This document shows positions 9,001-17,600 of a stretch of DNA of 64,000 bases, piece after piece. A program made the position numbers and the translations under genes. Under the pieces are notes generated by a model, which did no database searches, was not told the origin of the DNA, and saw nothing but the letters and a program-made list of their open reading frames with translations. The stretch is from a candidate division WOR-3 bacterium. GTDB lineage: Bacteria > Hydrothermota > UBA3072. The first letter of the stretch is position 1, and the number at the start of each line of letters is the position of its first letter. The DNA lies in assembly GCA_023131835.1 (NCBI GenBank), contig JAGLZA010000024.1:2377-66376 (forward strand), read 5' to 3'.

Positions 9001-10648
9001 ATTCATCTATAGTAAGATTTAAGTTACCTAAGCTGGTGTTTGTGAAGTCAGTATGAGTAAAGTTCATCCAAACATTTGAGGCATTGGCAACTGTAACATT
9101 TGCTGAGAAGTTTGAGCTGAAGTCTTGTCCCCAGTCGTGTTTATAGTTTTGGATGTTGGATGTTGTTAGGGTTGGTACTGCTGATGATTCTTCAGTGCCA
9201 GTGTAAGTGGTTGGCTCTGGCGAGGCGTATTTGCGGACGAGAACTTGATCCAAATAAGCAACATAAGTACTACCACCATATAGGCAGGAATAATAAAATT
9301 TATCGAATTGAATTAATGATTCATATAATACCTCTCCACCTGAAAGCTTGCTATCTCCATCCACCAGGATGTCATAATAAGTATCGTCCACTCCTGTTGC
9401 TTTTACCTCTATTTCATACCATTGATTTGCGGAAATACTTTGTAATAACGTCTCCCCACCATTTGTATAATAATATATTTGAGTACCTGCATTAAATAAA
9501 ATTCCAGCGTCTCCCTGCCCACCCGATTTAATATCTTCGCCCACATGGATACTTGAATATCCTGAAGTTCCCATTCTTGCCCAACACTTAAACGCTATCC
9601 CAGCGGTAATCGGAGAAAAGGAGTGATATGCATATAAACCCGGTGAGCCTGATTGTTGTCCTGTATCGTCAAGTTTCAAACTCTTCGTGCCGAATTTCGC
9701 GTAATCGTCCGAAACTCTTATGGTTCCTACATCATCATTACATGTCCAACCAGATGGGCAATTACCAACTGTTCCATCCTCAAAATCATCAAAGAACTCA
9801 AAGGTGTTGGTGCCGTTGGAGGCGGAACTCGCAGAAGGGTTGCCATAGTACATCTCCGTGGTGTCATTTGACCATCCCCCACCAGCGATGTAGGTGCCAT
9901 TGAACCACACCAAGCACCAGTTGCTGTCTGACTTGTCTTCGATCCAATACGCCTCCTCCGTGCCAGCGGATACATTCACAAAGCGCAAATCGTCAAAATC
10001 CACCTGCATATCTGCATCATAGGTGACATTGAGTGACACCTGATAATGCGACAGAGCGGAGCCACCCGTGTTATTGATACAGACGGGGGCTTTCTTTGTC
10101 CAGGTGGCGTTCCACCATGTCAATTCAGATCCCTCAATCCCTCCAAACATCGGAATGGTCTGAATAGAAAAAGCACCAATCTCTGCCTTCTTATGAAACA
10201 CCAGCTTTAAATTATACACTTCATTAGTTTTTATAGTTTTTCCATGTGGGTTGAATTGTTTCCAATGATACTTTGTTTCCTCATTTTGATTAATTATAAT
10301 ATTATAAGGTTTTTCAACAAACCATTCTACATAATCAATACTATTTCTGCCTTTATGCTTTATCCACCGTGTTTTGAAGTCACTTGAATCATTAAATGTG
10401 TAATCAACATAAGACGTGAACGTATAATATTCTGTAAAAGTTGTTAAGCCAGATTCTGTTTTAGTTAGTTGTATCTTAGTTTCAAGTTTATCGCGAAATA
10501 TAAAATTATCCTTATAGATAGATATGGTCTTTGATTCGGGATTAAATTGTTTATAGTGTGTGGTATCGCTAAATATACCTGCTTGGACAGGCGAAATTAG
10601 CAAAAATGCTATAAGTGCAATTATCCCGATTGCTATTATTTTTCTCAT
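3092..10648 (-). CDS. Giant (2518 aa) secreted, heavily N-glycosylated surface/adhesin-like protein with internal repeats and a multi-TM C-terminal anchor.
   Basis: Signal peptide MRKIIAIGIIALIAFLLISPVQA. NxS/T sequons are very dense. Four copies of a ~196-aa repeat are present. Further domains are FN3/PKD-like (NxTW...FNVSVNNSW), a CarbopepD_reg-like segment (GYVINTTGAPL...TDATGYYKLEG) and an acidic calcium-site-like stretch. The C-terminus has several hydrophobic helices. Confidence 0.85.
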   Translation of the reverse strand: MRKIIAIGIIALIAFLLISPVQAGIFSDTTHYKQFNPESKTISIYKDNFIFRDKLETKIQLTKTESGLTTFTEYYTFTSYVDYTFNDSSDFKTRWIKHKGRNSIDYVEWFVEKPYNIIINQNEETKYHWKQFNPHGKTIKTNEVYNLKLVFHKKAEIGAFSIQTIPMFGGIEGSELTWWNATWTKKAPVCINNTGGSALSHYQVSLNVTYDADMQVDFDDLRFVNVSAGTEEAYWIEDKSDSNWCLVWFNGTYIAGGGWSNDTTEMYYGNPSASSASNGTNTFEFFDDFEDGTVGNCPSGWTCNDDVGTIRVSDDYAKFGTKSLKLDDTGQQSGSPGLYAYHSFSPITAGIAFKCWARMGTSGYSSIHVGEDIKSGGQGDAGILFNAGTQIYYYTNGGETLLQSISANQWYEIEVKATGVDDTYYDILVDGDSKLSGGEVLYESLIQFDKFYYSCLYGGSTYVAYLDQVLVRKYASPEPTTYTGTEESSAVPTLTTSNIQNYKHDWGQDFSSNFSANVTVANASNVWMNFTHTDFTNTSLGNLNLTIDEWVNESHNIDTPITNISVTIYLNSTTVGVTNDTDTFYYEITNRTNTATMDSSATQTVGINDNFYINATCNEEYGDTFYGAADLLEDGVTISTNSSIVDYVNFTWNESTVGVYNYTVRFYNLTHYDNTTSGYSNVTVVGPTLTTGNIQNYEEDWGRDWNSNFSANVTGANASEVWMNFTNAEFTNTSLGWLNRTLDEWVNESHNVTAPVTNVSVTVELTSTALGAANDSDTFFYEITKRNNTATMDSAAIQSMSYTDQDFFINATLNEEYSDTFYGAADLLEDGAVVLTNSTVTDYVNFTHNESTAGQYNYTVRFYNTTYYFNATTPTYSNVTIPPPTITLLSQDPSILYQNSTGNLNITYGISHGSGGLNNTSVSFIYTVYNPIDGTYNHSIRVPSNNRSALEFIIGEHILRADNRNYTLNFEDNATITRGNVYEWGGGDENTTRLTIEPVNSTYTLIHWNGTIRDTASINMWYLNREEQQNATMTNLDIHKSSRPCIKIWNLETFYDHHDYLFNFYLDTHFGGSVPSKPIFLYYLNSSYDPEGSVNPEDSPYGFFVTEHNASTWVDYLYNVRNSSYIKAFSINQSAIVDAGINTTNTAWVCFNTETSQSKPYSLNMTNDPTSTNRTFGECNVTWIGDNAPLIENLYTTNAFVSDRHRGHQFKHQLYIADNVGTWTNSTINTTDIEKAYFPPTKPGIVYFYYQDEKDLEMNHTYSGTFDIGIALASDPDDGDVSHNLTLHYGNRTFVAIINNTFNDTMRDNMFINISFDSSSYYSEVDNFTLQVNATDDEGVSTITWLDVNFTINPPTLSLTISGEQNIKKDWGQDWNSNFSAHVLGQNAKDTWMNFSHNNFTNTSLGWLNTSIDEWVNESHNIESPIINISVNVSLNSSTPGSINGTVSFYYEITKRNNTATMDSNATQNIGIYRDFFINASLIEEYGDTFYGAADLLEDGSVISTNSSIIDYVNFTWNESSVGTYNYTVRFYNLTHYNNVTTSNYSNVTVLPPVLTIGNVSNVKQDWGQDWSSNFSADVTVANASNVWMNFTNAEFTNKSFGNLNLTLDEWANESHNVGSPVTNVSVTIYLNSSTPSANNDTSSFYYEITKRNNTATMDSNGTQSVGKNVDFFINASLIEEYSDTFYGLADLLEDGNIISTNSSVVDYVNFTWNESTAGIYNYTVRFYNTTHYFNATTPTYSNVTVLIFTPPDPINLQNTTGNFYVNHTWDNGSDGYVTDSYNVSVNNSWYNTTNTFYNGSGMSPHGWSNISVWAFNSSDNGTLSSGNVSDNVQIPNNPITITNISDWTGFKTQNVYVDYDATDTDSDTPTFSCNRTDLFTDFSTVTGIGNWTSVEGIYYVDFGVSDGYGSYDNYTMTITVSGAEPGTPTNLQNTTGNFWINHTWDTGINTDTFNVSVNNSWTNDSSNTYYNNTGLLPHVWSNISVAGYNATTGNLSSFISQNTQIPNNAPTVPTGWTDLGMNLTDHTPTITWTKGTDADGDTVTTYVYVGTTSTPTDNETHTTSETCNLGNTIPLSDGTTYYYRLRSYDGSLWSNYTTADEFRMNSEPMTTNLLTEGQTNPTDISDYTPDFSWTYSDDEGDTQSHYQVYVGLDVGASDMWNSGQVASSATSATYAGSGLSEGITYYVQVRTKDNYEFSSWVTGTFEIGVPLVTYNISGYVINTTGAPLQTAHVTNNLTGVNDNTDATGYYKLEGIANDTYLLTATKDGYIPNSTTVTVNGVDKTNQNITLTESVAAPSITSWYNNITGDGVISFQVNLSQAAINFSAVADQTIITWTWKKDGIDQNHNYDNITLNWTSNGTKTVSVYGTNTNGTSNTVTWTVTIGEEEYGDILEQLTFIYNQNKQLIEENEMIGTSMIFGIFVVLAFIFLVLGLLEVGYDFYMDIVMLFISPTIFLMLGYQCYISEALLEFEFAGLLLVIMAVIIYIYAVVKIFGIAAEEFGYGEKEEDRGADYEYK
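5400..6580 (-). repeat. Second tandem pair (copies 3-4) of the same ~590-bp coding repeat. Boundaries are approximate.
   Basis: Protein repeats ...NIKKDWGQDWNSNFSAHV... and ...NVKQDWGQDWSSNFSADV.... The offset from copies 1-2 is about 2.6 kb. Confidence 0.55.
8000..9180 (-). repeat. Tandem pair (copies 1-2) of a ~590-bp intragenic coding repeat in the 2518-aa gene. Boundaries are approximate, +/-60 bp.
   Basis: Protein repeats begin NIQNYKHDWGQDFSSNFSANVT... and NIQNYEEDWGRDWNSNFSANVT.... The antisense track ORFs 8316..8561 and 5799..6017 give similar translations, which confirms DNA-level repetition. Confidence 0.6.
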
Positions 10649-10651
10649 TTA

Positions 10652-10894
10652 TCATCGTGTGATCGCTACGAAAGTAAAAAGCACAATTATTACTATGATT
10701 ACTACTATTAATAGAGGGAGATTCGACATTATGCTGAATGCTCCTGTTGTTACATTTTTAGATGTCTCAAAGCTCTGACTAAGTGTAGGATCTTCACTTG
10801 CGTTTATACTAGAATTTGCACTGTCTATAAGGGTTGTAATTGAACTCATAGAAAAAAATATTAACATTGTAACCCCAATCAAGAGAAAAACCAT
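10652..10894 (-). CDS. Small (80 aa) two-TM membrane protein immediately upstream of the giant gene.
   Basis: Hydrophobic N- and C-terminal segments. The stop lies 4 nt before the giant gene's ATG. Confidence 0.45.
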   Translation of the reverse strand: MVFLLIGVTMLIFFSMSSITTLIDSANSSINASEDPTLSQSFETSKNVTTGAFSIMSNLPLLIVVIIVIIVLFTFVAITR

Positions 10895-10907
10895 CCCTAA
10901 TATTTGC

Positions 10908-11774
10908 TTAATTTTTATTCACCTCCTTTGGTATGAAACACTTACCATCAGTTAGATAGTTTAGACTTACGGTGAAAAACTCTTCCCAATATTTGCGGTC
11001 TTTTTGGGTTTTTGCGTGACAACTTATGCATAGGGGTACGAACAATGGTTTCACGTCATTACAACATACCATCTTGTCGTAGCTTACGTGGTAGACCGAA
11101 AGATGCCGTCTGTTTTCTGTTTCGTTCTTACCACATATATAACAGCATCTATCAAAGAAATTGCGAACTCGTTCTCTGAGGTCATCATCAAATTTTATAC
11201 AGTAAGGCTCAAATGAGATGCCTCCTTTCCATGAAGAATGATTTTTGCCTCTATTATTTTCATCTAACCATTGTTGACCTTCTTCTGTAGCATAAAATTC
11301 AGTTTTAGTTTTACTGCTTTTTTCAGCTGCTTTCCTAATTCCTTCATCTGTCTCTTTAGTTTTACCATGCATATGATTATTTTCACCTAATTGAGCTTTA
11401 CTCTGCTTCTGCTTAGCCTCTTCTGTTTGGTGCTTACCAAACATAGGATGGTCTTTGCCATATCTATGAACACCAAACATAGGATGGTCTTTACCTGTAG
11501 GATATTTACCAAACCTTGGATTATCTTTACCAGTTTTTCCATAATTTGGATGATTTTTACCTGAATTATCCCAATGATTATCTCTCAATTTTTGTTTATA
11601 ACTATCTGATACTAATAAAGCATCTGGAAACTGTTCTCTATACTCACTCATAGTTGTACCATGTGTTTTGAGGTGAGTATTTGTAATTTGCTCAAATTCC
11701 TCACCACAAATTTTACATCTAATTCTTATTGTTCCCTTAATAAATTTACTATCTAAAGTTTGTTGATTACTCAT
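10908..11774 (-). CDS. HNH homing-endonuclease-like protein (HNH-2), paralog of 2262..3083.
   Basis: N-terminus RCKICGEEFEQITNTHLKTHG. G-K-rich NUMOD3-like repeats follow. The C-terminal HNH module CCYICGKNETENRRHLSVYHVSYDKMVCCNDVKPLFVPLCISCHAKT is nearly identical to HNH-1 and HNH-3. Confidence 0.8.
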   Translation of the reverse strand: MSNQQTLDSKFIKGTIRIRCKICGEEFEQITNTHLKTHGTTMSEYREQFPDALLVSDSYKQKLRDNHWDNSGKNHPNYGKTGKDNPRFGKYPTGKDHPMFGVHRYGKDHPMFGKHQTEEAKQKQSKAQLGENNHMHGKTKETDEGIRKAAEKSSKTKTEFYATEEGQQWLDENNRGKNHSSWKGGISFEPYCIKFDDDLRERVRNFFDRCCYICGKNETENRRHLSVYHVSYDKMVCCNDVKPLFVPLCISCHAKTQKDRKYWEEFFTVSLNYLTDGKCFIPKEVNKN

Positions 11775-12246
11775 CTTTTTTGTCCTTATTTTTTATATTT
11801 AATCTACTACTATTAATACTTTTTTGCTTTTTCTTAAACTCTCTGTGCTTTAGAAAGAAATACTTAGCATCTTGCCAACTCTTGCGTCGGGCTTCAGGAT
11901 CAACTGCAAAGTTCGTTAGCTGTTGCATCGCACGTGCGGATTGCAGATAGTTGTTATTACACGCTGCTAACACCTTCATATGTCGTGTATCGTCTTTGTC
12001 AGATTTGTGCCAATTTAATTTATTTTGTTTACCAAGAACAAATATAGGGGGTACGTATCCCATCTCATATTCCAGCAGGTTTAATAGAGTATCAACGCTT
12101 TTCCTAATAGACATGCCTTTACCATCGTAAAACACGTGGTTGTTTTTCTTGTCTCTTAATGTGATATCTATTGCGAATTTTTCCTCTTTCTTCTTTTTTT
12201 CCATCTTAGTATTCCTCTTCCTCAAATTCTTCTTCATTCGTATCAT
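11767..12246 (-). CDS. Basic lysine-rich hypothetical protein (159 aa; true start possibly at the internal MEKKKK).
   Basis: ORF from the track. No recognisable domain. Confidence 0.45.
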   Translation of the reverse strand: MIRMKKNLRKRNTKMEKKKKEEKFAIDITLRDKKNNHVFYDGKGMSIRKSVDTLLNLLEYEMGYVPPIFVLGKQNKLNWHKSDKDDTRHMKVLAACNNNYLQSARAMQQLTNFAVDPEARRKSWQDAKYFFLKHREFKKKQKSINSSRLNIKNKDKKDE

Positions 12247-12334
12247 ACCGCTTATCCCATGTATCCTGAATTTGTTTTGCTCTTTTTCGGATTTCCCGTA
12301 TCTTTCTTGCCAACAATATATCTGGATTTATCAT
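12206..12334 (-). CDS. Small protein with an acidic C-terminal tail (42 aa from the internal Met; the track ORF extends to 12436).
   Basis: GGAGGTAAACAC precedes the internal ATG (MINPDILLARK...EEEFEEEEY). The longer track ORF overlaps the upstream gene in another frame. Confidence 0.3.
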   Translation of the reverse strand: MINPDILLARKIREIRKRAKQIQDTWDKRYDTNEEEFEEEEY

Positions 12335-12350
12335 GTGTTTACCTCCATCT

Positions 12351-13073
12351 TTAGTACGACCTCGATTTGAAAAATGAATACAAAATCCCCGCAAGCGAAA
12401 TATAAAACAACGACCTCGCAGGCGTCTGATACTCAATCGGTAAGAAAAAGAACATCGAGCTGCTAACTAATAACCCTAAGATAGTCGGTATTATTACGCT
12501 TTCTTGTTTGATGAACGAGACAATGAATGGGATCGAAAAGATAAATAACCAGAAGATACCTCCAACCTTTTCAGTGTAAAACGCAGGTATCATGTTAATA
12601 AACGCACCTGTATCTATTCTACTGCCTTCGTAACACCCTTCGTCGGTTTTGTTGTATCCGCTGTAGTTCTTCCAGATGCTTGTGTAATCCTTATCAAATG
12701 GAACGATGTCTGCTAATGTGCAGAATTGCCAGTAACTACCACTAGTAAAATTACCCGTATCGTTGTCCCATGCAACTATCTTCCAGCAGTAGCATTTGCC
12801 TTTATCTGAATCTCCTGCCAGAGATGGGTCGTATACGGTGCTGGTTTGGTTCGGCGAGACTATATTATCCGGTGTAGTTCCCTTAACAAAGTAAACATCG
12901 TAGGTGGTGTTGGTAACACCGCCTCCTATCCATGTAAGATTTACGGGTATGGGAACATTGGTTTGTCCATTAAAGGGGGAGGGGTTGGTGGGCTTGTTAG
13001 GAAGGGCTGCATTAACAACGCAGACTAACATTAGAGTTATGCAGAATCCGAATAGGATGGTTTTTTTATTCAT
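12351..13073 (-). CDS. Secreted/membrane FN3-like glycoprotein (the track ORF 12351..13115 is probably over-extended; likely start MNKKTILFG).
   Basis: Signal-peptide-like ILFGFCITLMLVCVVNA. An FN3-like segment with sequons (NLTWIGGGVTNTTYDVYF) follows. The C-terminus has TM helices. The start overlaps the upstream stop as ATGAATAA. Confidence 0.55.
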   Translation of the reverse strand: MNKKTILFGFCITLMLVCVVNAALPNKPTNPSPFNGQTNVPIPVNLTWIGGGVTNTTYDVYFVKGTTPDNIVSPNQTSTVYDPSLAGDSDKGKCYCWKIVAWDNDTGNFTSGSYWQFCTLADIVPFDKDYTSIWKNYSGYNKTDEGCYEGSRIDTGAFINMIPAFYTEKVGGIFWLFIFSIPFIVSFIKQESVIIPTILGLLVSSSMFFFLPIEYQTPARSLFYISLAGILYSFFKSRSY

Positions 13074-13440
13074 AATGCTTGATGGAACGATTAAATAGTA
13101 GTTGGATACCTCCAAGGAAGTAGATTACCCAAATCCCCGTCTGCATTATCGCAACCAACGCAAGCGGCATCCCGAGCTTTTCGAATAGGATAGGAGCTAT
13201 CCAGACAATACCAAGCAAACCTCCTGTAATTAGCTGGAGTCCACTTACGAGCATCGATCCCATTGAGAACTGTTCATCATATTTTGTGATGTCTCCAGAG
13301 GGATCATAGCCTGTTAGTTTCTCTATTTCAGCTGTCTGGTCTTCTAAAGCAAGTTGTGTGGGGAACATCTCAAGAGAATCAACAAGTCCAATACAACTCG
13401 TCAACAAAATACAAAAAAGTGCAAGATCGTATGCCTTCAC
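13066..13440 (-). CDS. Small membrane protein (124 aa).
   Basis: N-terminal signal/TM and a C-terminal hydrophobic segment. Sits between the Vsr-like gene and the FN3-like gene. Confidence 0.45.
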   Translation of the reverse strand: MKAYDLALFCILLTSCIGLVDSLEMFPTQLALEDQTAEIEKLTGYDPSGDITKYDEQFSMGSMLVSGLQLITGGLLGIVWIAPILFEKLGMPLALVAIMQTGIWVIYFLGGIQLLFNRSIKHYE

Positions 13441-14654
13441 CGCTCTCCCTCCTTCTTTTCACTATCTACCCACCTATCTAATATTTTTTGAGGGATTACA
13501 TAATCACTCTCTTTTCCGTGAAATTTTAAGATCTTTTGTATCATTGTATCTCTATTTTTAAGTTCGTGTTCCCAAATTACTAATAGATCCCATCCGCATT
13601 TTTTAAATAAGTCTATTCGTATTTGTGGATCTTCTCCTTCATGCCAATAATCGCCAAATAAGTCGATAGCTTTTTTCTTTCCGTTTACGTTTACGAAATC
13701 AGGGATTTTACCGCCTATAGATATTCCCAAATCGTAGTTTCCGTTGTATTTGTATTCGTTAGGGATTAGGTTTTGGACTATACTGTCTGTATCTTTTTCT
13801 GGTTGTGTTGGCTTTCTATTATAAACACCTTTTTTAAGGTTTTCAATTATAATTTCTCTTAAATTTTGTCTGTGCTTTATTCCTTTTTCAGTCTGATAAT
13901 ATTCCTTTTTTGCCTTACTCATCATTTTGATAAATTCTGGGTCTTGCCAGTTTTCAAGCATTCTTTTACTTCGTTTTAAACCTTGTTCCTTTAACAATAA
14001 CTTACCTTCTTCTGTCTGATAAAAAACAATCTTTTTTTTACTTATTATCTGTTTAGATTCGTCTGTATGTTTATGACCAAAAAAATGATTTGCTTCTCCC
14101 TTAGTATCCATAACACTTAATGTTTTTTTAATTTTTTCTATTGTCTCTTCTGTTTGATTTTTTCCATAAAATGGATTTCCTTCTCCACTATATTTTTCAT
14201 TTTTTTGTTCCTTAAGCTTAATACCTTCTTCTGTTTGATAAAAACTTAGTAATGACTCACTAACTTGCATTAATCCTGGATCAGTTTCTTTTGTTTTTCC
14301 TTTACACCATACTTCATCAATTTCACCGTTTACATACCTTTCTTTATAAGTTTCACCTTGTTTCTTTACTCTATCATCATTTTCTTTAGTTAATCCTTTG
14401 TTCCATGCAACCCTACCTCTGTTTTGATGTCCAGCAATATATTTACTCCCTTTCCTAGATACCCTTCCACCACAACCACATTTGCAAAAAGGTAGTTCTG
14501 GTGGTAGTCTTTTGCCTTCTTTAATTTCTTTGTTTATTTTACGTGTTTCATTTCTCTTTCTTTTTATTTCTTCTGTAAGAATATAATGTCCCTGTATAAA
14601 TCTTCTTCCAGGACTTGCATATCCTCCGCATCCACATTCACATAATTTTTTCAT
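13437..14654 (-). CDS. Vsr-like (PD-(D/E)xK) endonuclease with N-terminal double zinc ribbon and NUMOD3 repeats (Vsr-1).
   Basis: The N-terminus has CECGCGG...GHYI and CKCGCGG...GHQNRGR. Repeated YQTEEG...NPFYGK.HTEE units (NUMOD3-like) follow. The C-terminus reads IDLFGDYWHEGED...GWDLLVIWEHEL, which resembles the Vsr/DUF559 nuclease core. The gene starts about 40 nt after the 1521-aa gene. Confidence 0.75.
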   Translation of the reverse strand: MKKLCECGCGGYASPGRRFIQGHYILTEEIKRKRNETRKINKEIKEGKRLPPELPFCKCGCGGRVSRKGSKYIAGHQNRGRVAWNKGLTKENDDRVKKQGETYKERYVNGEIDEVWCKGKTKETDPGLMQVSESLLSFYQTEEGIKLKEQKNEKYSGEGNPFYGKNQTEETIEKIKKTLSVMDTKGEANHFFGHKHTDESKQIISKKKIVFYQTEEGKLLLKEQGLKRSKRMLENWQDPEFIKMMSKAKKEYYQTEKGIKHRQNLREIIIENLKKGVYNRKPTQPEKDTDSIVQNLIPNEYKYNGNYDLGISIGGKIPDFVNVNGKKKAIDLFGDYWHEGEDPQIRIDLFKKCGWDLLVIWEHELKNRDTMIQKILKFHGKESDYVIPQKILDRWVDSEKKEGER

Positions 14655-14693
14655 ATTTATTACTCTATTTTTATTATATATAAACCTTATGTT

Positions 14694-17600
14694 TTACGAA
14701 GCCAGATTTTTCTCCCTCCCTGTCGTAGTTATAAAAACTGCAATGCCCAGTGCGGTAGCAATTCCAAGCAATATCGCACCTGTTATAAGATTATCTGTAG
14801 GACTAAACCAGCCTATTCCAAAGAGGATCCACCCTCCTAAAGGAAGTAGAACAGCTCCAATTTTCAGGGTTGTCCCAGAAAAAAGAAGACCCCCAAAAAT
14901 AAGAAGTCCGACGCTCAATAGTTGGTAATATCCTGGATGATCCTCCCACCCAGCAAAACTAATTAGCGGATGGTTATACCGAAAGAACACAGACACCGAT
15001 TCCCCAAACTCTCCAGCCGTTGTATGAGTTACATTAAATCTCATAATGTATGTTTCCCCTCTGTAATCATCCTTATGAATAGGACAACTATAATTCCAAA
15101 CATTGTCATCAATGTTAACAGGTCCACAACAATAAGTAAAATTGCTTAAATTAAGCTTCTCTATACCTGTTGTCTTATTTACCGTATATACATAGTAACT
15201 ACCTGGTGAACTTGTTCCACTTATCGTATTGTTATACGTAAAATTCAGAAAAGCATGGGTATCATTCTTTTCCATTGTGAAATTCCATTTAATCTGCTCA
15301 CCAAACAGTTGAGGTTCAACATCAAAGAATCCCGTCCTACCCACTATCACGATGTATCGTTCTTCTTTTGGATAGATAGTTAGTGTTTCGTTTACGTCGC
15401 TACCTTTAGTAAAAGTCATTGTATATTTGATTGTCTCAACCATCAAAAACGTAATACTTCCTGTTGAATCGGTCGTTCCGTTCATGGTGGTGTTTCGGAG
15501 TGTATCACTACCATCTGGCGTAAATCCCAAAAACTCCCACAACCAGTCCCATGAACCCATTGATATTTGGATACCAATCGCTATTACATTTACGTCAGAA
15601 ATGGGATTACCATAAATGTCTTGAACCCGAAATTCAACTAAATGAGGTGGATACTGTAAAGCAGGACCCTCTTTCTCTTCTAACATATATATAGTTTGAG
15701 AAGTGTCTTGTCCAATAAAAATATACTCTGTATGTGTATAATACCCTTCTGTACTTACTTGAAGACGATATATACCGTATGTAATATTTCTGAATACTAT
15801 AGTACCGTTTGTGGTTTCACTTTGTATCTTATTAAACACAGCACTAAAACTGGTAATGATATTATAAGTTTCCAAGTCTTTTACGTCTATCGTAAGACTA
15901 AAATATTCACTCATTAAAATATTATGATACGTTCTACCTCTTTCTACTACTTGTATATTATCTATCCATCTCTTATAGTTAGAATCAAAAGTTTGTGAAC
16001 CAAACATTATTTCAAACCATTCGAGACCGTCTGTAGTAAAATTATTATCATAAGCATCAACAAAATATAATCTTCTTAAGTTCCAATCAGTTCCTACAGA
16101 AACATTATCCCAATACATGTATCCATAGTCACCACCTGAGTAGTTTTCGTAGTCTACTGTATAGTTATACTCCTCTTTTTTTGATACTAATACATAATCA
16201 AGAGATGTAATATACGGTTTTTCCCAAAATTCAATTCGGCTCAGCTCACCAGTTTTTGAAATATCCGAAGCATCAATTGGTGAAAGAAAATATTTAGCGA
16301 GATATCCATCTTCATATCCGCTTCCACCAGCTCCTTCTCCATATATAGAAGCAGTACCTTCCTTCTTATTTGTTGTATCTGCAGATAAATCAAGACAGTT
16401 AGTATCCCATCCCACCCACATAATAAAATGTAAATCATCTATTTTTGTTGTTACACTACCTGATTTAGTACTTTTCCATTCAAAATAGTTTATTTCTGAT
16501 AAATTACATGTTCCTACTTCTGTACCTTCTGATAATAAGAGTGCTGTCATGTTCCAATATGTCTCAAAAACATCTTTATTCACTTCCCATGCGATTGTAT
16601 TGGTACTATTATCTCCATTTGATCCAATTGTAATTGTTATGTTTGTACTACTTATATTTGCTTTATTCAATATTTGTGAATAGAAATAGAGTAATCCATG
16701 CACTTTGGATACTTTTGAATCTATCGGTGTTATAAAAGTCTTCATAAAATCTATTGTATTGTCTCCTGTTGAATTCAATGCTCCTGTTCCCTCTATAAAA
16801 TCAGTATCTACTAAATTAGGATTACCTATTTTGTATTGATAAGAGATATTATAATTTGTATCATTTTCCATACTACCTGTGCAGATTATCTGAATTTTCC
16901 CATCTGTATAATTAATTTTATAATCTGTATCCTTTACAAAAGTGGTTGTGATATTTGTAACTGTTTCTGAGCTTGAACGTAAATCAACATGGTTTAATTG
17001 TACCCATGAGCTATTACACGTACCACTATCAAATGAGTCATTAAAAATAGAAGCATTACCCCAATAACCATTATTTGTTAATGAATCGCACTTATCCAAT
17101 GTAGTATTATAAAAATTTGCTACATCACAATTATCTAATATATGAATTGCATCATGTGCACGAACAGATTCGCTTGGACTACGTCCAAATCCTGTCCTTG
17201 TAGCATATAGATTATATGAACTATCTCCTAGTCCATCAGGATAATCAAAAATGTAATATCCCCATGTATTTGACAGAGTAGTATCACTCCATGTATCATT
17301 AGCAATATGAACAGTTGCGTATGATACTGGTTGGTATAGAGGTGTATCCAGCACTACACCAGCAATTGAGGATTTTCTGGTTTCAGAGTCGCGATGAGAT
17401 GGATATAAATATAGATTTATGTCATACGTACCAGATCGAATTATTTCAGTCGTATAGTTATTATGTTGATAGGTTATACTAACTCCACTTCCGCTAGTAT
17501 ACTCATACGTATATGTAATAGTATATGAAGTGTTTAATTCCATCGTACCTGTTGAAACTCTCTTAATCTTAACATTTGAATAATCTATTACGTAATCAAT

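Noticed and set aside
5799-9975. Plus-strand ORFs of 60-111 aa inside the 2518-aa gene: 5799..6017, 6802..7020, 8316..8561, 9160..9495, 9628..9903 and others.
   Set aside because: They lie antisense to a long, well-supported coding region. The similarity between 5799..6017 and 8316..8561 only reflects the sense-strand repeat. No RBS is present. I treat them as artefacts.
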